Shown here: in pieces, positions 58,542-64,000 of the stretch
How positions within the stretch are numbered: position 1 is the stretch's first letter
How the letters are laid out: each line of letters opens with the position of its first letter
NCBI GenBank assembly: GCA_963708075.1
Contig: OY970194.1
Span: 3,136,001-3,200,000 of the forward strand
Length of the DNA: 64,000 bases
Source of the DNA: Sedimentisphaerales bacterium
Lineage (GTDB): Bacteria > Planctomycetota > Phycisphaerae > Sedimentisphaerales > Anaerobacaceae
Reading direction: 5' to 3'
Made by a program: the position numbers and the translations under genes
Notes under the pieces: model-generated
Databases searched by the model: none
Told to the model about the DNA's origin: nothing
The model's input: the letters and a program-made list of their open reading frames with translations, nothing else

Positions 58542-60911
58542 TCATCTCCCGTCCAGCAGCAGCGTCCAATCCTGCCCATCCGGCGCTACGAAGAGTCCAC
58601 CCTCCGAGACGGCAGCAGGCGACCATTCACCCTCGCGAGGATTGAACCATCTCGCTTTCACTCGCTCACTCGCAGGATCCGGCTTTATCCTCGCGCGCCT
58701 GCCGGCGGCAAAGTACAACACAGCCAGATCACTCTCTTGCGATCGCAAGCCGACCACAGAAGGGACGACCTCCTCTCCCCCCGGGGAGGACAGCGATGGT
58801 TCACCATTAGGCGAGGTCGTCGTGGTGCGAAGCCGGACTTCGTACGCCCCAGCCTTCTGGCTCAGCGTGACGTTCCGGCCGCTTGGGTCCTTCGAAACGG
58901 TGACGATCCGCGCCGGACCCGCCTGTGTCACATTGGCGGGTTTGATCCAGGCCTCGACGGTGATCGCATTCGACTGCTTCACGGTATCGATCAGTCTCGT
59001 CGGGGACTCGGCGGAAGCGATCAGCGTGGCCTTGGCGATCTGCAGTCCGCCTCCGTCCAACCACCTGACAGCCGATGCATCCTTGATCTTAAGGGTGGGT
59101 GATTGAGCTGCTCTTGATACGTCCTTGATTGCACCGCCCGTCCCCTCATGGAAATCATACACTGCCACAGGGTCAGTAGGCGTTGCTCCACGTCCCCCCT
59201 TGAACGACCGCAAGACCTCCGCCGCGTCCAAGGCACGAGCATAGATCGCCACACGATGCAACTCGCCCAGCCAAGGCCGATCCTCCGTCAGTTCATTGCA
59301 CAAGGCCAGCCGGAAACCCTCGTCCCAGTTGGAGAAATCACCTGCGACTTCGGTGGCCGAAATGAGACCGCCATCCACATAGAGTGAAGCCTTACCCCCA
59401 CGGTCTCGCGTGTATACCACATGCGACAGCTGCGTGTTGACAACGGTCTTCTGCGACGTCTCAAAGAACTCGTTATCGGGATCGAGCTGCCACCATGGGA
59501 TCGACGTAAAGAAATCGACGATATGGCCATAGCCTTTGAGCATGATCATGGAATCGTCGCCACGACCATTGATCCAGCCGCCGCCGGTGTCCGGTCCCCA
59601 GCCCGTGCCCGTATCAGCGCGCTCGCCGGTGGTCTGGTAGCCGCCGGCCATGTACATGCCCCAAGCCAGCCGCCGACGATTGTCTGCGCTGCGGGCGGGC
59701 GCCTTGCGACCACCACCCCACGCTGCCGGGTAATGATCCTCGTACCCGTATTCCTCGTTGATCTGCGGGATGATCCGCCCTGTCTTTTGCTGCTGGATGC
59801 GATTGTTGAGCATGAACCTGTAACCGCCGGACTCGTCCCAACTCTGGTACATCGCGAAATCCGCCCACTCGGAGGTGCGGAATGAGAACTGGCCGTGGCC
59901 ATGCACCGACATCACGTGATCGTACGGGTCCACCTGCTTGATCAGCGCGCCCATCTTGTTGGTCCACGCCTCATCACGGAACAGGTGGTACTCGTTGGTC
60001 ACGTCCCACATCACGTTGGAAAAGGCGGCGAGGCGGGCCACCGCGTACCTGTAGTAGCGCCGCTCGTCTTCCTGTCCCATGCGGGCCTTGCCGAACGGGT
60101 CGACGCCCGGGCGCGCGCCATCGACGTAGAAGATGATGGAGATGGCCATGTCCTTGTCGCGGGCGTACTGCAGCATGCGTTCGATCTTCTGCCAGTGCGA
60201 CAGGTTGAACCGGGTGACGTCAAAGCCAGGATTCTCCACGCTGTCCGGCCGCTCAGCAACCCAGGGATTCATCCGGAACGAAAACTTCTCGGTTGGAAAA
60301 ACATTCTCGTACCAGGCACGCCCATCCTTGACTCGGCCGTTGATGGCCACTCGCAACCGGTTGACCTTGAGCACGGCCAGCCGGTCGATGTTGCCGCGGA
60401 TCGTCTCATCGTCCCAGCCCAGCAACCAATAGGTCGTCGTGCCGTTCCAGAAGTAATGTTCGCCCGTCCCCTCCCAGAGGAAATGCCACGGATGATCCCT
60501 GTCCACGCGGATGAGTCCCCGCCGTCCGGCATTTTGGGCTGTGAATCGGCCTGTGTGTGCGGCCTCGTACGCCCCCTGTCGGTACGTGACCGAATAGCTG
60601 TAATCGCCCGGCTTGGTCGGCATGAATCGGATGCGGAAGAGGCTGCCATCCGTGCTGTCGCAGAAACCGTCGACAGACACCGCCTGGGCGCCCGGTACTC
60701 CGAACCGGCCTTCCACACTCACGTCTGTGAACGGGTTGGAGACATCCGGCTTGTCCACGCGGAGTGTGACCTCCACAAACTGGTAGGAGGATACGTCCGG
60801 GGCCGATTGGTCGAAGGTCACGCCAGCCGGTGCAGCAGATAGCGGCACAGAAGCACCCAGCAAGACCGACAGGACGATTCCCGGCAACCGTGATGAAGCG
60901 AATCTACACAT
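58542..60911 (-). CDS. Secreted DUF5060/DUF4038 glycoside hydrolase-like protein with inserted LamG (ConA-like) domain
   Basis: NPFTDV...FRIRFMP (DUF5060); WDVTNE and NEEYGYE (GH5-like catalytic motifs); HVVYT...LYVDG...IYARAL and TVEAWIKP LamG motifs. Confidence 0.85.
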   Translation of the reverse strand: MCRFASSRLPGIVLSVLLGASVPLSAAPAGVTFDQSAPDVSSYQFVEVTLRVDKPDVSNPFTDVSVEGRFGVPGAQAVSVDGFCDSTDGSLFRIRFMPTKPGDYSYSVTYRQGAYEAAHTGRFTAQNAGRRGLIRVDRDHPWHFLWEGTGEHYFWNGTTTYWLLGWDDETIRGNIDRLAVLKVNRLRVAINGRVKDGRAWYENVFPTEKFSFRMNPWVAERPDSVENPGFDVTRFNLSHWQKIERMLQYARDKDMAISIIFYVDGARPGVDPFGKARMGQEDERRYYRYAVARLAAFSNVMWDVTNEYHLFRDEAWTNKMGALIKQVDPYDHVMSVHGHGQFSFRTSEWADFAMYQSWDESGGYRFMLNNRIQQQKTGRIIPQINEEYGYEDHYPAAWGGGRKAPARSADNRRRLAWGMYMAGGYQTTGERADTGTGWGPDTGGGWINGRGDDSMIMLKGYGHIVDFFTSIPWWQLDPDNEFFETSQKTVVNTQLSHVVYTRDRGGKASLYVDGGLISATEVAGDFSNWDEGFRLALCNELTEDRPWLGELHRVAIYARALDAAEVLRSFKGGRGATPTDPVAVYDFHEGTGGAIKDVSRAAQSPTLKIKDASAVRWLDGGGLQIAKATLIASAESPTRLIDTVKQSNAITVEAWIKPANVTQAGPARIVTVSKDPSGRNVTLSQKAGAYEVRLRTTTTSPNGEPSLSSPGGEEVVPSVVGLRSQESDLAVLYFAAGRRARIKPDPASERVKARWFNPREGEWSPAAVSEGGLFVAPDGQDWTLLLDGR

Positions 60912-60949
60912 AACGATATACCTCCACTTGCTCAGAGCAATGAGCATGC

Positions 60950-62348
60950 TTAGTACACCACATTCCGAGCGAGAACCAACACCCAGTCCGGCTCGCCGGC
61001 GGCGTTGCTGGCGATCGGGGTAAGATCACGCTTGCCTTCGTTGCGAAACGGAGAGCCTTCGACGGACTTGAATTGTCCGCTCGTCGGGTCGAACCATATG
61101 CCGGTGACAGGCCCGCGAAGGCGACCCATGTCCACTTGGATCGTCCCGCCGGTCGGTGCATACACAATCGCACCCGTGCCCTCGTCCGTGAGCGAGGCGG
61201 CCACAAAATTCGCCTGCTTCCACTGGCCATGGCCACCGATCACCAATTCGTGCTTCGTGTCCGGGATCAGCCGCCACCAGGCACACCCCTCCATCAATCG
61301 CCGGATGAGCGGGGCCTGTCGGACCGAGGCAACGTTCAAGACCTCCCGCCAGTTCGGCTCGAAGCGCCACAACCGCGTGCCAGCACAGTAGCCGCAGGCG
61401 CCGGAGAGAATCGCCCAGTACTCGTTGCGCCGGATGCGATATGGATTCCAGAGGTCTCCCTCTCTTAGCATCGGGCAATAGCTCGATGGCGTTGGGCTCG
61501 GCTTCGTAGCCGGTCTCGCCGAGGATGACGGGTCGGATGCGGTCGTTCCGCTGGTACTCCTTGCTCACCTGCAGGTATGAGGCGCCGTAGGTGTAGGCCA
61601 TGTTCACATCCAGCCAAGGCTCCTTGTTGAAGAAGTCGGCACTGGAGAACTCGTGCTCCATGTGCGCGGTGTGCAGATGGTGTGGCGCCTCCTGTTTGAT
61701 GGCAATCGCAAGCTCGTTCGCGCACTTGGCCAACCGCTCGTCAGCATTGCGGTCGCCGCAGTGCATCCACATCAGGTTCTTGAACCGCGCGTAGCGCCGG
61801 CCCAGGAAGTGGCCGTAGGTCCGGGCGCTCTCGGGTGTGACATGATGCATCCAGAGCCCGTTTCCCGCGCCGTACCAGAGGTCGGACATGATGACGAAGA
61901 AGCCTTGTCGGGTAACCTCCTCCATCACGGTGTCGGCGTATCGCCAGTAGGCTTCGACGGGCCTGGTGATGTCCTTCTCCGGCTCGAACGCCACGTTGCC
62001 GTAGGCGTCGCGCGAGGGCATGGCGCTGTCGTCGAGGATTTCCAGAAACAGCGTGTTGAACCCCTTGCTCTTGCGGTCGTCAAGAATGAGCCGCACGTCC
62101 TCCAGCTTGAGCTTCTGGAGAAACCACGGTGTGTCGCCCAGCAGAAAGAAGGGTTTGCCCCTGGAGTCCACCAGATAGCGACGGTTCTCGCTGGCCTTCA
62201 AAGGGAAAGTGATATCGCCGACGCCTGTTGTGGCATTGTTGTCATCCGCAAGCAGGAGGCTGTCGGGCAGCAACCCGGCAAGAGCCATGCGGCCAACCAC
62301 CGCACTCTGGCGAGCGAGAAAACTGCGACGTGTGAAACGCGATTCCAT
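60950..62348 (-). CDS. Tat-exported DUF4038 glycoside hydrolase-like protein with collagen-binding-like C-terminus; frameshift near 61462
   Basis: TRRSFL signal, PFFLLGDTPW, PVILGETGYE; continues in ORF 60950-61471 (WFDPTSG...DWVLVL). Confidence 0.85.
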
Positions 62349-62368
62349 GATGCAAATCTCCTTCGAGA

Positions 62369-64000
62369 TCAATGTTGTGAATCTGTAGAGGAGCTCCCCT
62401 GCTTCTTCCAGGCCCGGACATATTCGATGCGGAACGTCGAGGGAAGGTCCTTGTCGTCAGGCATGCCGAACCAGTCCGGCATCGTCTCACTGTCGAAGAT
62501 CAAGTACAGAGGCTGGTGCCAGTGCGTGTTTTGGACTCGCCGGACCAGCACACCATCAACGTAATACTGGATGTTGTCTTCGTCCCATTCCAAGCCGTAA
62601 ACGTGGAAGTCATCGGCCAGACGCCACGGCGCCTGCCAATCGCCGCCGATGGACCAATGCCGCTTTTCAGCCGGGGTGCGGAAGACGTGCACGTTCATGT
62701 GGCACTTATTCTCGTGGCCCGGGGCCTTGCCGCCGATCTCGAACACGTCGATCTCCGTCGCCCAGCCCGGCGTCGTGTCCTGCTGGAACCAGAAGGAGCT
62801 CGAACCGCCTGAATTCATCGGACGCGGCCTTGACTTCAAAGTACCCGTAGCAGGTGCGGTCCAGGCTGTGCACAGCGGCCGAAGTGTAGTCGTGATAGCC
62901 CTGTTTTCTGAACTCCTCCGGTACCGGCTCCTTGCGCATCGTCAGGAGCAACTGGCCGTGCTCGACCGTGACATTCTCAGCCTTGAAGAGAGCGGGCTGC
63001 CTCCCCTTCCACCACTCCATGTTGCGTACCCATTTGTTCGTGTCCAGAGAGCTGTTCTCAAACTCGTCGCTCATGGGCTCATATTTCACCCACACGCCGA
63101 CATCCGACTGGTGAGACAGCGGCAGAGAGTCCGTGACACGCTTGGGCGTCTCGCCAAGAGGTCCGACAAGCGTCCACTGGGCGGCGGCCTCCAGTACCTT
63201 TGCGGCCTCGGCAACTACCTTTCGCTCCTCGTCATCCAGTTGCTCGAACAATCGCCGGCCGCGCAGATCGAACGAGCGTCGTGGCTGTTGATCGGACGCA
63301 CCCCGCTGTGTCCCGTTGTGGAAACACCAGCCGGCGGCCCCACCCGCCACCGCGCCTCGCAAATCGGTCAGGAAATCAGCGGCCGTCGGCTCCCATTGCT
63401 CGTAGCCGCGTCGGAACGGCTCTTGATAATGCACCGGCACGACGCGCTCGATCTCCTTCATCAGCTTCAGGCATTCATGCGTCTTCGCCTCTGTCTGGCC
63501 CGGGGATTCGGCCTCCCGGGGCCGATGCGGGCTGAGGAAATCGGCGCCAACGGTCAACAGGGATTCACGCACGTCCTCGACACTGAGATCGTGTCCGCCA
63601 AATGAGGCGGTCACAAGACGCTGTGGATCGAGCCGGCGCACGCGGTCCCTCAATTGCTTTAGCTCCTCGGCACCGACATAGCGTGCGTCATGTACGTCGC
63701 GCTCGTTGGCAAGGTCGAGATACCAGTTGCGATACGGCTTCAGGGCATCAACCAGAGTCTCCACGGCACGCAAATGCGCCTCGGAATTCGGCAACAGCTC
63801 ACCTCGTGTGAGTGTGACATCGACGACGAGTCCCCGGCGATCGCACTGAGCCACAAGCCACTTGAGTCTGCCCAGGAATGGCTCTCGCGCACGGCCCTGT
63901 GCGTCCACGGCCGAGACGTTGTTCTCGAAGGAACTCCAGGTAGCCCAGATGCGAAGCCAATTGAACCGGCGCTTCTGGAAATCATCCAGATCGCTGCGGA
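62369..64000 (-). CDS. GH5-like TIM-barrel plus GH16 fusion; 5'-truncated by window edge; frameshift near 62826
   Basis: Frame open to the window end (FNWLRIWATW, DLANE, HYQEP); MSDEFE, YGYFEVK, then EIDVFE (ExDxxE) and FHVYGLEW in ORF 62369-62839. Confidence 0.82.

Overview
This is a GC-rich bacterial chromosomal window, most consistent with a planctomycete of the Phycisphaerae/Sedimentisphaerales type. That assignment is an inference from the IPAPGA-type PEP-CTERM protein, the dockerin-tailed secreted protein, Tat-signal Gfo/Idh/MocA paralogs and many secreted CAZymes. About 50 CDSs are present. Housekeeping genes include gdhA with a divergent LuxR-type regulator, an ABC-F ATPase, dprA, folC and lemA. 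Secreted glycan-active enzymes include GH51, GH127, GH172, two DUF4038 proteins and a GH5-like/GH16 fusion. An expanded L-rhamnose cluster (rhaB, rhaA, rhaT, aldolase-SDR fusion) contains extra uncharacterised genes. A small AT-richer accessory patch holds a DUF4258/DUF2283 toxin-antitoxin pair, a CcbP-like protein and a HEPN-like protein. Several families of short palindromic or heptamer repeats occur. About nine single-base frameshifts in otherwise intact genes look like long-read indel errors. The most striking unexplained element is a ~1.1 kb region without a convincing gene (57408-58541). It starts with a near-consensus sigma70 promoter (TTGACA-17-TATAAG) and is packed with GGA-loop hairpins, a tRNA-T-arm-like module and further long stems. 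It is a candidate large structured ncRNA, possibly a CsrA/RsmA sponge. No CRISPR array, rRNA, complete tRNA or transposase was seen. All calls are by eye from motifs; no searches were run.
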